Below, piece after piece: positions 24,040 through 38,075 of a stretch of DNA of 64,000 nt; positions within the stretch are counted from its first letter, which is position 1; every line of letters starts with the position of its first letter. The notes beneath the pieces are model-generated. The model saw nothing but the letters and a program-made list of their open reading frames with translations. It was not told the DNA's origin and ran no database searches. This DNA is from Phallusia mammillata (lineage: Eukaryota), in contig OZ281496.1 in assembly GCA_965637545.1 (NCBI GenBank), positions 13,144,001-13,208,000 on the forward strand, read 5' to 3'. Made by a program: the position numbers and the translations under genes.

Positions 24040-27000
24040 GAAAACACAAAGGCGAGTTAGATTCGCGCACTTTTTGACAAGCAGTTGGGCGGTAAAACTT
24101 TTCCTCCCTTTTTCAATATATTTGTTTCAAAAAGACAAGCATTTTGGTATTTGGTTTGTTTAAATAATTTAGGAAATATTTGTTTAAAATTTACAATTTT
24201 TTTTTGTAAAAATTTGGCATGTTTTGAAGATTAATGAACATTCAAATCAATTAGTTTGTCTTATTTTGCAAAAAATGGAATGGATTTCGAGTTTTTTATA
24301 AACACAACAAAAATTGTTCTTATTTATAATTGCATTACTACCTTTTGTTTTTGTCACCTGACGTTGAATCGTCTCCAATCAGTGTCAAAACATTGTTCGG
24401 ATGCGGGTGGTCGTTAAAAAAATAAGGTGTTTGATGTGCTGCGTTCGGTAAAGGGTGTGTTTTTGAATACGATCATGCCATATAAATGCAATTTTTGTCA
24501 CAATTTTTTTGTAAATTTTCTTGCTTTCAAACGACATGTATATGCAAGTCATGCTGAAGATAAACGGTTCAGACTGATATGCAAAATTGACAATTGCTCG
24601 GCTAAGTTAAACAACAAGTTGTCTTTACGCAAACATGTAAATATGTGGCATTTTGGAAAACATTGGGAAATTCCCGAAACATATACAGTATGCCAAGAAC
24701 ACGAAACAAAAAGTTTTTCGTTGCAAGATGATTTGTTGTCAGATAAGGTTGAGTCTCAGGATCCTGAAGAGCCGGTTTTTTTATGGATCGTCATTGTTCT
24801 GGTAATGATGCCGAAAACTTCGAATCTTGTGTAACATCCTATACTGACCCCGAAGAGATAGCAAACAGGCAAACTAATATGGCATTGTCTTTGACAAAAC
24901 TTAAAGGTGACTGCAACATGACTGAAAGTGCTTTGAATTTAGTTCAAAGATGGGCAGAGGACCTGCTTAAGTTTCAAATGAAGTATGTTATAGAGAGTTT
25001 AAAAGCTTGTAGCAGTTTTTCTGTAACCGAAGAAATAGAACAAGTTTTTGAAACTGGAATGGGTCTAGCAAATCCTTTTCATGGAGTGGAAAATGAGTAT
25101 CACAGAAAGAGATTGTTGCCATGCTTTGTGGTTAGTTGCAGAAATATAGACCACAAATACTAACTTTTTTAAACCTACATTATTCTTAATGTAGGCTCCT
25201 AAAACAATTGTTTTGCATGAAGAGCTTTCTAATCAGTCTTCAGGAGGGAAATCTTTGCACACTATGGAATATGTCTCTCTAATTGACTTACTTCATACAA
25301 TTTTTGAGCAGTCCAGTTTATATCATTATGTAAGTTCTGTTTTTTTAGACACTTTGTGAACTTTCAATGGACAACGCTCTTTTTTTTGTAGATACAACAA
25401 AACAAAGATATACGAAGTAGTATGTATGAAGGTATGTACGATGAAGAATATTCAAAAAGCCATCCATTGTGCCAGTTTGAAAGTGAATCTTTGCACCTGC
25501 TTTTTTAATATGATGGCTTTGAAGTGGTTAACTCACTTGGTTCCAAAACAAAGAAACACCACATCGGTAAAACCTATTGTATATCATTCAAATATGTTTG
25601 GTTTTTTAAACCTAAATGATTATGGTTTGGTGATCCTAGTTTTTTTGTTAATACATGTTTTTAGGTGGAATATATTTTTTGGTTGCTAATGTCCATCCAA
25701 AGTTTAATGCAGCTCTCAATCGGATTTTTTTAAACACAATGTTTTACACAAAGGATTTGAAACATCCTTCCATAGGATGGCCACGCATTTTAGAATCATT
25801 AAATCATGACATTAAAATTCTAGAAACTGTGAGTATGTCTTAATTTTTTTTTTTTGGTTTTTAGTGTTGGTCAAGAGATACTAAATGTAAAAGGTACTAT
25901 TACTCAAATTGCTTTGGACAACCTTGCAGCTCACTCGATTTTGGGTTTTACCGAAAAGTTGTCTGGGTGTAATACGTATGTATCAAGATACTGTGAATGT
26001 ACAGGCAGTGAAATTCAAAACAAGGTGGTTACGTACTTGAATAAATATGAATTGTATAATTTGTTTTGCCCATTGGTATTTTGTAACATTTTTTGTACAC
26101 AGAACTTATACAAACAGTGTGTCATAAGGACAAAGGAATCATACCAACAATGTTTATTCGAAGCATCTGCTGTAAAGAAGCCTTAAGGTGGCTGTACACA
26201 GACTGCGTATTCCGTCAACGTGCGTAAACGCATGCGAAAAACGGTCCGTATTCTGACGTGCGTAAACGGACCGAATTTACGTTCCGAATGTGGCTGCGTT
26301 TGGTGGTATACACAGGATCCGAACGATGCGACGTTTCGCTTGAATGCGTCCTACTCCAAATCAGTTGTTTGGCTGTTCAAAGAAGGAACATGGCTAATTT
26401 CTTGCATTTGGGTTATCACGGTGGTGGTGTTTTAATATTGCTTAACTCGAACACACCGACCAAAAAGAGTAATTTAAATAGTTTACAATCGACATTATCC
26501 AACCTACCATTCGCATTTGCTGGTGTCAAACCTTGCTCAAATAAGATACAATAACATTGCTAGAGGAAAACAAATGTCACAAAATATTTGTATTTTTTTT
26601 TTCTAAAAGACACTTTTAAAGCAGACAAAATAAAAAGTACAAACACACAGTGCAAATGAGCAATATGTTTATGTGGTAAAATCGGGGATGAACAAACACT
26701 GTGTGTGTGCTTCATAGCTCCAAAGAATTTCAATTTCTTTTAGAAACCCTCCTGTACCCTCTTTCGATTGCCTCAAGCATTTTCTTATTTTGGAAAAATG
26801 AAAGGCAATCCTAGCATCAGTAGGTGGCTTCTTATAATTTGGCAGTGTGCTGGTTGTTGCCTGCAGGTCCCCTTACAAGTAACAAAAACATAAATGCAAC
26901 AGTATGTACAAATTAGTTCAGAGGTATATTTGTTTAATCCACAAGTGCAATCTTCCATTTCATTTGACTTTTCTGCTTTGTTTCCATCTCTCATATTAAA

Positions 27001-29931
27001 CACAAACCTTGGTTACAAATTACAATGAAGATGTGAAAAATAATACTATTTTTGATCAGAATTCTTTCCCTACAGTACTCTATTAGCACATTGTTGGAGT
27101 CCATGCCTTACAAACACAATACATATAATTAGTTCATTACAAATACGGAGCATAAATCATTTAATTTACATACCTGTGGTGTTGTGTTTAAATCTTGAAC
27201 CATTGGATTTTCTTTCTTCTTTTTATATAGGTGTCGCATATGTCCCTTTCTTTCACATTTTTTCTGTAAAAAAAGTAACAGGCAGGAGTCACATATGCTT
27301 CACAAAATGTACATTTGATAAGCAGAATAAGTTCTTCCCAATGTACAATAAAATGTTGTCAAAACAATTTTTGGTAAAACCACAACATTACTATCACCAT
27401 TAATAATGTATCCACATTGAAACAAAACTTAGTTAAATTACTTGTTAAACCAAACTCTGCTGAAGTTGAATTACAGCCATTTACAGGGAAGATTTCTCTC
27501 CAAAGCAGGTTACTAGTTTTTCTTGTTAAACTTGATTTCTTTAGTTGATATTGGTCAATCCAAGGATTCTACAAAAGAACTTATAATGATAACTTAAAGT
27601 ACATAATTCACAGATTGTTGCAGAAACATCAATCAGTACTTGGACTTATGATTCCATAAGCAACATCCTAAATATTAATACAACATAGTTCCGAATTTCT
27701 GTTGGCATATTTGCAGTTTTCTTTTTCTGAAATTTTGCAATCAATGACATTAACTGCCAGAACTAAGGTATGAACTGACTATTTCCTGACCCCTTTGTTT
27801 CCCGGAAAGCTATTGTTACTTACATTATTAGCTTTTTGTATCCCGCTGTTGTTCTACATTCCAGTCGAGTTCGAAGCCTTTCTTTTTGTCGATTAAAAAT
27901 AAAACCTTGCATATTACTTCACTTCACTTCTATTAGAAACAAGAGGGCTTCAAGTCTTGTGATTTGATCAAAATAATTGATACTAATCAACCAATCCAAA
28001 AATATTTTTCAGTTTTGCACTATCACTACACCGAAAATCGCATGCGTATGTCGAAAAAATAGAACATGTTCTATTTGTTCGGATGGCCTTGCGTTAACGT
28101 CCGTTTTCGGACAAAACGCATGGTTCGGATTCTGTGTATACACGTCGACGGAAGGCGACGTACCGAAATTTACGCGCGTATACGCATGACGGACGAAAAC
28201 GGACCGAAACGGATCCTGTGTACAGCCACCTTAAATTTGGTGTTAAATGCAAATGGTCCATTTTGTCAAATTATTTTCACCCTATAGACAACTATGCGGC
28301 AGATGTGCACCATGATGTTTTTGAAGGTGTGGTACCCTATGTGCTGAAAGTTTTGCTTCAGGTTTGTATTATTACCCACTTGTAAATGAAAATAAAATAT
28401 TTAAGGTTCGTGTTTAAACATTTTGTGTTTTTACTCATAATAATACACTACGTTGCTATAGGTTGTTATCAATTGCAATTTTATATTTTTGAGTGCTACT
28501 TTTTATGAGCAGACTTTGATTTACTCAAAGAAGTACTTTACTTTGGAAGGCCTAAATTCGAAAATCACTTGCTATGAATATGGTGTTGAAAAAAAACAAC
28601 CAACCAACCATAATTACGGAACACAAACTGTTGGACAAAGATTCAAGGACACTGCATCAAAATGGTTAGCAGACAAATAATACAATACTTATATATATAA
28701 AACAATATATTTAGCTTTACAGTACTGGTGTTTGGTAAGACATCTTTCGTTGTTAATAGGAATCTATGTTCCTGATGATGACAAGCATTGGGCGATGTTC
28801 TTGGCTTTGCTAAATGTTGTGGACATAGTTTGTTCTCCCAGAATATCGAATACGACATTGGTGGATCTGGAGATCACCCTTCAAGAACTTATCAATGAAT
28901 TTAAAATGTTGTATCCTGACTGCACTATTACGCCTAAATTCCATTACCTTTTAATGTACCCAAGGTTTATAAGAAAAATTGGTCCACTTATTCGCTATTC
29001 ATGTATGAGATTTGTGGCGAAACATAAAACGTTAAAAAAATATTGTATGCAGAGGCAACAACTATAAGAATGTGCCCCATTCAATAGCCCTTCAACATCA
29101 AATTTATCTAGCCTCACAGTTAAGTGACCATGACATTTTTTGCTTTTACAACAACCCTGTTAATAGTACTGTATGCAAGGCTACTGATTTTTTTTGTCAA
29201 TTAAGTGATTTTCCTACATCTGAGAATGTTACACAGGTTGAAAAATTTGTTGTCGATGGTGTTAATTATCTTGCAAATTTGACTGTGTGCATTGGTGTTT
29301 CAGCAGACTATGTGCCAGAGTTTATTTTAATTGATAATATTTGTGCAGATGCAAGTAATGAATGTTGGATAGTTGGTCGCAAGTTAAACACTGTATACTT
29401 CCATGAACATTTTCATGCATGGGTTGTTGAAATTGGTTCTATGTGTATGTACGTGTGTCAAAGCAAATTAACGTATCCACAACCCCTATCTCTTCTGTCA
29501 CCATTTGGTGTATTTTTGCAAGTTGTCCTACCAAAATTTCGATTGGAACCTGTTGGGTGTGTGGGTGTTACACAATAGTTAAACATATCAGTGTTTGGTA
29601 AATACATTGCTTTTTTTGCAGTACAATGTCATTTACATGCTTTGTTAAAAGAAAAATACAATTAAAATTTAAAAATATCAAAATCAGAGAATTTGAGTTT
29701 GAAGATTTTTTTAAAGTAAACAACCCAAAGTTTTTAGGTTCAGTACCACCACCATTTTACCCAAATGATTTTGGGTAAAAAAAATTGCCTAATAAATTTG
29801 GGTATAAATTTTTGGGTAACGTTACTTTGGGTAAAACCCGTTGGGCAGTAAGACATTTTACCCAAAAAAATGGGTATATTGTCGCTAAACCCAAAGTTAC
29901 CTCAGGAATTTTACCCAAATTGGTTTACAGT
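24040..29931 (+). mobile_element. EnSpm/CACTA (animal type) transposon: spliced, degenerate transposase 24475-29578 with N-terminal C2H2 fingers
   Basis: Motifs: CNFC..H...H and CKIDNC..H...H; YDGFEVVNSLGS..KH; GIYF..AN; DNLAAHSILGF; DVHHDVFEG; ITPKFHYL..YP..I...GPL..Y.CMRF..KH. Subterminal TTTTACCCAAA/TTTGGGTAAAA repeats at 29755-29920 end in tttacagt (CACTGTAAA-like terminus). Left end not found. Confidence 0.85.
26187..28230. mobile_element. Non-autonomous TIR element (Harbinger- or Kolobok-type) inserted in the EnSpm transposase
   Basis: Perfect TIR GGTGGCTGTACACAG (26187-26201 and 28216-28230), each flanked by TTAA. EnSpm coding resumes on both sides (..AVKKP / KFGVKC..). Confidence 0.85.
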
Positions 29932-31742
29932 ACCTCCAGAATATATCTAGGCAATTATCCTTTCACGACTCCATTGATAACTTTAACCACTGCTGGGCTA
30001 ACTAGGGTTTAGAACAGGGCTCTTCAACCGGGGTTCCGTGCCACAAATGCAGGGGTTCCGTGAACTTTTCGGGTTCCGCAGGGGTTCATTGATGTTTGTT
30101 GTAGCAATTTAACATGACTGATCCACAATATCATTGATGCGAATCGTAATACACGCCTGTGGAAGTTAACCTCGGTTACGCCATCGATCAATTGTAACGT
30201 AACAAGTCCAGCCTGGATACGCTCTGGCCAAACGAGACAAATGTGGAAATGACCGACCCAAGCAACATGGTAATGCGAGTTTGGCATGCGAGCGTTTTTG
30301 CATAAAGTACGCAGCAATATGCGCGGATTATCGAATTATTGCACATTTTCGAACAATGTGCGCACCTTGTACAAATATATTCACTAAGAGCCCAGTTCAG
30401 AAATGCGTTTCTGTGAATTGTTTTATTAAAGTTAAATTTTTCTATGTGCTTGGGCGTATTAGTTGGTTTTGTGCCGTTTATGTAGCTTGCTTGTATTCCA
30501 TGTACTAAAGTCAGCTTTGTGCAAAAACTTGTGCAAAATACTTTCATGGTTCCGTGCCACTAAAAAGGTTGAAGAGCACTGGTTTAAAATATATAAACAG
30601 GTTGAAGAAAAAAATATTCAAAAATATATTTCCCCCATGTACTTTATTAACCAAAATAAATAAAGCTTTGCAAAAGGCAGCACACAATGGCACATTTTTA
30701 TGCTAATCTCAAAGGTACGTCTATCAAAAATGCGAACAGATGTCGAGTTTGTGTCAATTTTGGTAATGATCAAACCTTGGCTTAATAAACACCTAAAGGT
30801 ATGTGCAGCTTCCCTAAAATTTGACATGCCGTAACGCCGGTAGCCATGTGCCATAAGCGTGGCAAGCAACGTTTTGGCTTAACCAAAACCAAGTGGATCA
30901 CACGTTGGAATCCATATCGCGCAATTTGGAAAACGTTTGCCTATCGGAAAACAACGACCGAGTTGCGCCACTATGCGGATCACCATACAGCCAAACTTTC
31001 AAACAGAAAATACATCTGTGTGTTAATGTCGTTTTGCACAAATGCATCCTGCCATACTTCTAGATATCTAAAATGTAAATATTTTTAAAAAGTGATTGTA
31101 CCATCAGTTATTTGCTCATTGCTTGTTCTACAACTCACTTACTTTTTTTCTTTTTCCTCGCCTTTGGGTCGATGACATTCCACTTATTGGGCTACGTCTT
31201 ACCCTTTTCTTGTTTCGCTAGTCGTTTGCCTCTTGAGGTTTACAGGTGTTCAATTTTTAACGCCGTTGTTACCTATTTTATCATTACACCACTTCTTGAA
31301 CTGTCTTACTATGTTCGCTTCATGTTTCAAAAAACTGTATATGTCGTGCTCGGGTTCGAATTAATCGGTATGCAGTTTTTAAACCGGTTTAAATCCACCC
31401 ATCAACTCCACGGTCTGCGCTGCGCGACTGCTTACAATTCGTTTTTTTTTTTGAAAAATACTGTAGTTGTTATCGCGTGTATTTTTTATTACGTTGTTTT
31501 AAATGCAATAGGTTTGTGGTGGCGGTCGCAAAATTATATGGGCTGCATTTTTAATGCTACAAATTCAACTCAAAATATGGCGGAGGTACTCACAGTAACC
31601 AGGTTTGCTCATTTCTGGCAGGTGGCACACACAAATAATTTAAATGCAATTCGTGTAAACATGCTGACGGTTAGGGCTACTAGGATTGGCCTGGGGTTTT
31701 GTAATAATAATAATAAAATCAACCTAAAAACCTAACTCTTAT
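29932..31742 (+). mobile_element. Dispersed repeat copy 1 carrying a Penelope-like GIY-YIG endonuclease fragment
   Basis: Inverted homologue of 44538-46026, about 80-86% identical by eye. Translates NRCRVCVNF...MCHKRGKQRFGLTKTKWITRWN. Interrupted by the hAT MITE at 30015-30581. Confidence 0.7.
30015..30581. mobile_element. hAT MITE, 567 bp
   Basis: TIR cagggctcttcaacc / ggttgaagagcactg (14/15). 8-bp TSD gtttagaa / gtttaaaa (7/8). Confidence 0.9.
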
Positions 31743-32157
31743 GGGGATGTAAGCCTTAATTCTGGTGACTGCGTCCCTGGTTCTTGGAGGCAATCCATTC
31801 CAAACTCAGTAAATTTTTTTAGAATTGGGGATATGGGTTCAAATTTTTATGGCAATGATGCTAGATTTGTTAGAGATGAACTGTGTAAATATTTTAATAC
31901 ATCTGGTGCTGTTTCATGGCAATGGACAATTGGTCAACATAATTAAATGTCTTTAATTTAAATGTCCTATTCACAGAAAAATTAGGAAAAATGGAAGATG
32001 AAAATTGGAATAGGCAATTAATTGATATAATTTCCAGCTTGCCACTGCTGTATAATCAGTATCATCCAGACGAAAAGAACAAGCACAAAACTGAAAGTGC
32101 ATGGAAGGAAGTTGCAACAAAACTGAGTTCCACAGGTTATATAGCTAAAGAAAAGTA

Positions 32158-32549
32158 ACGTATTTTACGGACCATAAGGCGCAATTTAAATCCTTTTTCC
32201 CCTTATAAATTGATTGTGCGCCTTATAAGCCGGTGCGCCTAATGTGTGGATCAAGTAGTGCTTTATTGCCTACACTCCAGTACCGATACTATTATTATTT
32301 AAATAAACCACCGTCTTACACAATAAAGTACGGTAAAAGCGACTAGCAACTGTGATATTCACTAGACTCATTTTTTCTTTTCCTCATTGTACTATTGTGA
32401 CTTGCTTACATTTATTACGTAACAAGTAAACTTTTATAACCAATACTCCTTAAAATTGTTGCGTTTTAAAGCCCGTGCGCCTTACGTATGAACGAAAAAC
32501 TAATCAAAGCAATTTATTAACAGTGCGCTTTATGGTCCGTAAAATACGG
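32158..32549. mobile_element. Tc1/mariner (Tc2-like) MITE in MADF intron 1
   Basis: TIR (c)cgtattttacggaccataaggcgca / tgcgctttatggtccgtaaaatacgg, flanked by TA on both sides. Confidence 0.85.
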
Positions 32550-32846
32550 TAATCTTTTCACTAAATTCACTAGTTTCATCCTTGTTTAGTTCAACACTGC
32601 CAAATGAAATGGAATAACCTGAGGAGTGCCTATGCCCGAAAACACAAAAAAGCACAGAAGTTCCCAGTGGATCAAGTTCTCAACCACCCGAAACATGGCC
32701 TGATTTTCAGCAACTAAAATTTCTGGACAGCTACATAAAGCACAGAAGGTATTATATCTTTTGTTTTAATTTGCAATGATAACAATGTTTTAATTACTAG
32801 CACCAGAGACTACTAAGCAGAGACTGCACACTGCAATTTTTATTAA

Positions 32847-34390
32847 GATCCGTTTCGATCGAACGCGACCAGTAAGATTGCGGCGTTTACCATTGAAAAG
32901 GATAGGAAAAAGTGGTGTTGTCGTCTGTTTTTTCGTGTTTGCGTGAAGCGTAGGCTTTTGAAATAAATTTTATTGATGGTACATCAACTTGACTACTTCT
33001 GAAAACATATTGAAGAAAGAAACTTTCCGAAGGCGAAAAAAAAACGACACAGGTGGCGATTGAGTGTGAGAAATTTGCTACCAAATTTTCGGATGTGCAT
33101 GACAAAAATGAACCATTGCTAACATCTATAGATTATATTTGCGAAAAGAGATGTATTGTTCTCAAAAGAATGTAACTAAATTTTAAAATCTATCATGTAG
33201 AAATAAAGACCATGCTATGCCCAACACATTTAAACTGCAATAAATTTTATCACATTGCCTTTTGTTGTGGTACTTGTGTTTTTTTTTTTTAAATATCGAT
33301 TCAAGCAGCTCAAACTAACCAACCTCATAGGTGTTAATTCCAGATATTGCTGGGAGTTACAAATATTCTCAAAAGAATGTAACTAAATTTTAAAATCTAT
33401 CATGTAGAAATAAAGACCATGCTATGCCCAACACATTTAAACTGCAATAAATTTTATCACATTGCCTTTTGTTGTGGTACTTGTGTTTTTTTTAAATATC
33501 GATTGAAGCAGCTCAAACTAACCAACCTCATAGGTGTTAATTCCAGATATATTATTTTGATAATTGTCAGGATGAAGCTGGAAACAGCAAATGTTCTCAA
33601 AGGAATGGCACAAAATTTTATAATCAGTCATCATCAAATAAAGACCATGTCAGGCCTTACACATTTAAAATGCAATCAATTTTGTCATTTCGCTTAAAAA
33701 TATAAAAAAGGTATAAAAGATACATTTTGGAATTGTCTATTTCTGAACTTTGAAGTAGCAAGGTGCATACAAATCTAGTCTGTTACAAAACATAACAGAA
33801 ACTGCTGATTTAATAGTAACAATATACTTGTGTTTTGGTTTTACATTTGATGAGTTTGAGCATGTTGCTGTGGTGACACAACTCCATCTTCTTAAGTCAG
33901 AGCCTATCAACAACTTATTATCATTCTTAAGTCACTGTATTCTATAAAAAAAACTCACCACAACATTAGTTTCAAAAGAAAAGTTTTACCACAGCCCTTT
34001 TAAGTTCAGTTCAACAATAGTAAGACAAATAAATCGTTTGGGAGTAGTGTATTTCAGTCAGTACATTCTCAGTATAGGAGAGAGCTGTCGACAAAAACCT
34101 GCAGCACAACTTTAAACTAACCTATAGCCAATTTTGACTGAACACATGTGGTCATATCAGAAATCTCGCTTTCTACCACTACCTTGGGCCTGTATTTCCA
34201 TCAGCTGGATGGGTGTTTTACCTTTATATCTTTTAAAAAGTAATCTAGTTTGTTTAACAACCATTAATATCCGATTTAAAAGCCTAAGCTTTACGTAAAC
34301 ACGAAAAAACATACGACAACACCACTTTTTTCTATCCTTTTCCATTGTAAACGCTGAAATCTTAGTGGTCGCGTTTAAGCGGAACCGATC
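32847..34390. mobile_element. TTAA-flanked non-autonomous element with ~125-bp TIRs (Kolobok-like GA..TC termini)
   Basis: TTAA at 32843-32846 and 34391-34394. TIRs about 83% identical by eye. Internal ~207-bp direct repeats start at 33161 and 33368, with a diverged copy at 33596. Confidence 0.75.
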
Positions 34391-35418
34391 TTAATACTTG
34401 CAGAGAACATTTTTATTTTTAAAACACAAATGAAGTTTAATGAGTATCAGATTAAAATATCTAAAAATCTTAATAATTAATTCAAACTTATATACAAAAT
34501 TTTAGTTCCATCCGTTGCGTATTGGCAAAGATAGCACCAAAGACAATTTTCAATCAATGAAGAACCCCGTGGCAATAGAACTGATGTTTCTCAAGGTGAA
34601 ATTCCAGCACTACAATCGACAGTGCATTAAATTCTTCACTTGAATGTGAGCCTCCTGTCAGTCCTGAATCAGTAGCTTCATCTGCAACAGAACCACATGC
34701 AAAAAGGGCCAAGAAATCATTAGCTAGTGGTGTGAAAATTCAGGTGGAGTAAATCAATTGCAAAGAAAACTGGTAATGGTACTAAACTTGTTCTATTGCA
34801 GGGTCAAATGCGGAGTGTGAGCCAGAGATCTAACGAAAGGTTGAACACTTTAAGTGCTCCATCATCATCAGATAAGCCGCATTTGTAGCAGCTGAATTAA
34901 GAGCAAAAACACCAGATGTAGTTGGCTTGTACATACAACAAATTACAGATACATTGTATTCAGACATTTTAGTGCATTTAGAAAACTTGTAAATACCATG
35001 TGTTATGCACATTTTTTTTCATTGTTATTCAGGGTTTCATTGCTGCCAAACACTTGTCATGTTTTAGCACTGTTCTGTAGTGTTTATTCTTAAGTGTTAA
35101 GTTTTCTTCATGTTCCTTTCAGTGTTTCTACTTCTTTGATACCGCCCTTTTACCTAATCATTGTCATATTTTGTAAGAAGCAATTGTAAATACAAGAGCA
35201 GTATTTTTCACTTGAATGTTTTCATTTTATTTTTTATTGAAAGAAGTTATTGGTTTAAGCTATGCTTGGAAAAATTTAAGTCTGTAAGTCATGGATTAGT
35301 TTAAGTTTATTACCTACAATTAAACAATTTAAGCCATAAGTGGTGTATTGATTGTAAACCGACAATCGTAACCAATGTGCATTGGGCATCTATAGTAATC
35401 GTCGGCATCGGTTTAGAT

Positions 35419-36539
35419 CAGGGGTGTCCAACTCTAACACACCGCCGTGCCAATTTTGGTTTCAAAATATACTCGCGTGCCAGCCTTTGGTACGTTTTCC
35501 AAACCATGTCTTAAACGTCGTAACGGCACGGGCTCAATCCGAATATTTGGCCAATATGTAGAACCCTTCTAAACGGTTAAAACAATGGGGCACTGGATAA
35601 CTTTGTGTGCGTCAAAAACTTATCTTTGTTCAAGTGTCGGTTTAAAATGTTTTTTTTTTCAACTAAACACAAATGCGTTTGTAGTCACGTAATTAATTGA
35701 ACAGATATCGGAAACGCAACAATTACAATTGTTTCGAAACAAACGGGCATTTTATTGCGACATAAACATGGCACGTTCCCTAACGTTTTAGTATTATGTG
35801 GCGTAACAACTTATTGAAATAAAAGTGATTACAATTTTTTTGTTAATAAATTCCATGAGCCAACATTATCAATGCAAGGGGTTTATAGCCGCTTTTAGAT
35901 GTTGTTATGTACGTTTGCATTACCGATTCCTAAGCCGTGTTCAATGTCCGTTTGCAAAGCACTGCAACGGCCCAAACTTGATTCAAGATAACCTAAGTTT
36001 CGGCCAGCTATATTTGAAACGTGAATTGACTTTACTTTTATTTCCTGCGTAACAAGTTCTTTAAAAACTAAATCGTTGTTAAAATGACTGATTCGGCAAA
36101 TCGTCCTTTCGGTATGTGCATGCGTTATTTGCACCAAGAAATGTATCAAGTGACTATTTACAATATAATGTGACAGAAACTACAGGCTAAAACACAGAAA
36201 AGGCTTTGGTATATAGTCGCATACCGCCGAAGTATCGTACGGGTACATATATACTGCACCTGGTATAAGTATCGGCGCTATTGATCAAAAGACGCATCCC
36301 TGGCATTTTTTTAAAGCTCTACGCCTATGGTAAGGAGGCTTTAAATTTTGTCAAAATCGAACAATTCAATTAGTGGGTTGTGTAACTTTACCACTGGTAA
36401 TCTTTACAGAATTTAGAATAAAGGCCAATAAGAATCAAATTTATTTTGCGTGACAAAATCCTAATGTTTACTATCTGAATGTGCAAAAGCTCGCGTGCCA
36501 TTTTCAAATGCTCTGCGTGCCACGTGTTGGACACCCCTG
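35419..36539. mobile_element. hAT MITE, 1121 bp
   Basis: 14-bp TIR caggggtgtccaac / gttggacacccctg and a perfect TSD gtttagat. Confidence 0.95.
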
Positions 36540-37019
36540 GTTTAGATCATCAGGAGGCCGTCGTGCGACAGGTGGGTATTTCCCTATCGTTGTCGTGTCG
36601 TTTGGCAGTGTGCACTCGGCTTTAGTGCCTGTCTCTGTGTCAGCGTCTCGGTTGCGTTAGCAAAGCGAATGTGTATTCAAATGACAACGTGTTGTGTTAA
36701 ATCTGGGCAAAAGTCAAAAAGAAATCATTATGTACATGAACAGTTTGTAAAGACATAACAACACCTATTTTATTTCATGGGATATACAAGATAATACGTA
36801 GCTGGCAGTATTTCTGGCCAAAATATTTTACCCAAGCAAAAGTGATAAGGTTCTCTCTGTCAAACATGTTTGCCACTAAACATTCATTGTATGTATTTTT
36901 AATGTTTTAGTAATTATTTACAAATATTACATTAATGACAATTCAGAAGCAATGCTGACACAGTTTTCTTTAGTGTGATGAGATTTCGGAATAATGTGCG
37001 TCGACATCGGGCTTTTTAA

Positions 37020-38075
37020 AACTTCTCTTCAACTGCGTGGATCAACTTGTGTCTTTTCAGAACTCCACTACGAGCAAAGCTTTTTGCACAAACATCACAT
37101 CGATGAGGTTTCTCTCTGGTGGGTGCGTGTGTCAACATGTGTGCTTTCAAATTTCCACTTTGTGCAAACCTTTTTTCACAAACTTCTCATCGATGAGGTT
37201 TCTCATTGGTGTGTATCAACATGTGTCTTTTCAAATCTCCACCTTGGGCAAATCTTTTTTTACAAACAAGACAGAGATGACGTTTCTCTTCGGTGTGTCT
37301 TAACATATGTCTTTTCAAATTCCCACTGTGGGTAAATCTTTTTTCACAAACACTGCATCGATGAGGTTTTTCATTGGTGTGTACCGAAATATGTTTTTTT
37401 AAAGTTTCTCGATGGCGAAATCTTTTTTCACAAACATCACAACGATAAGGTTTTTCGTTGCCGTGTGTCATCATGTGTCTTTTCAAAATTCTTCCTTCGC
37501 GAAATACTTTTTCACAAACAGTACAACGATGAGATTTTTCGTTGGTATGTGTCAACATATGTATCTTTAAATGACTACCTTGAGCAAATATTTTTTCACA
37601 AACATCACATCGATAAGGTTTTTCGTTGGTATGTGTCATCATGTGTCTTTTTAAATGTACACCTTGTGCAAATCTTGTTTTACAAGTATGACATTGATGG
37701 GGCTTCTCCTTAGTATGTGTCAACATGTGTCTTTTTAAATGTCCACTTTGGCCAAAAAATTTCTCACAAACATCACATCGATGAGATTTCTTTTCAATAT
37801 TAAGATTTTACTTCTGTGTTTCCAAATGTTTATCATTACTATTCTTCTTTTCACAAACATCCCAAGTGTGGGCGCAAAGGTGATTTTTGAAAGCATTTTT
37901 GGTTGCAAAGCATCTTTTACAAAATTCGCATTGGTAATCACTTTCTTTTTTTCTAGTTTGTTGTTGGTTGGAAGATACTTGAAACGAGTTTTCCTTTTGC
38001 GAAGATGGTTGCTCAGATTCCGAATCCAGGGTTTTCATCTTTTCTTAGTAGTTAAACAACTAAACACTAAACATC
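37020..38075 (-). pseudogene. C2H2 zinc-finger array gene (about 10 fingers) with two in-frame stops
   Basis: Repeated HT(N/K)EKPHRCDVCEK.F......L..H units. Stops are TAA at 37808-37810 and TGA replacing a Cys at 37187-37189. Confidence 0.85.

Larger units (their letters stand above)
31991..34992 (+). pseudogene. MADF (Myb/SANT-like) domain gene with a BESS-like C-terminus, resembling a Harbinger accessory gene; disrupted
   Basis: Exon 31991-32135 reads MEDENWNRQLIDIISSLPLLYNQYHPDEKNKHKTESAWKEVATKL. Exon 32590-32748 reads QHCQMKWNNLRSAYARK..(frameshift)..PSGS...W.DFQQLKFLDSYIKHR. Later exons end AFVAAELR...IQQITDTLY. Confidence 0.7.

Noticed and set aside
31345-31365. tRNA or SINE from a GGTTCGAAT B-box-like motif
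   Set aside because: No A-box and no cloverleaf.
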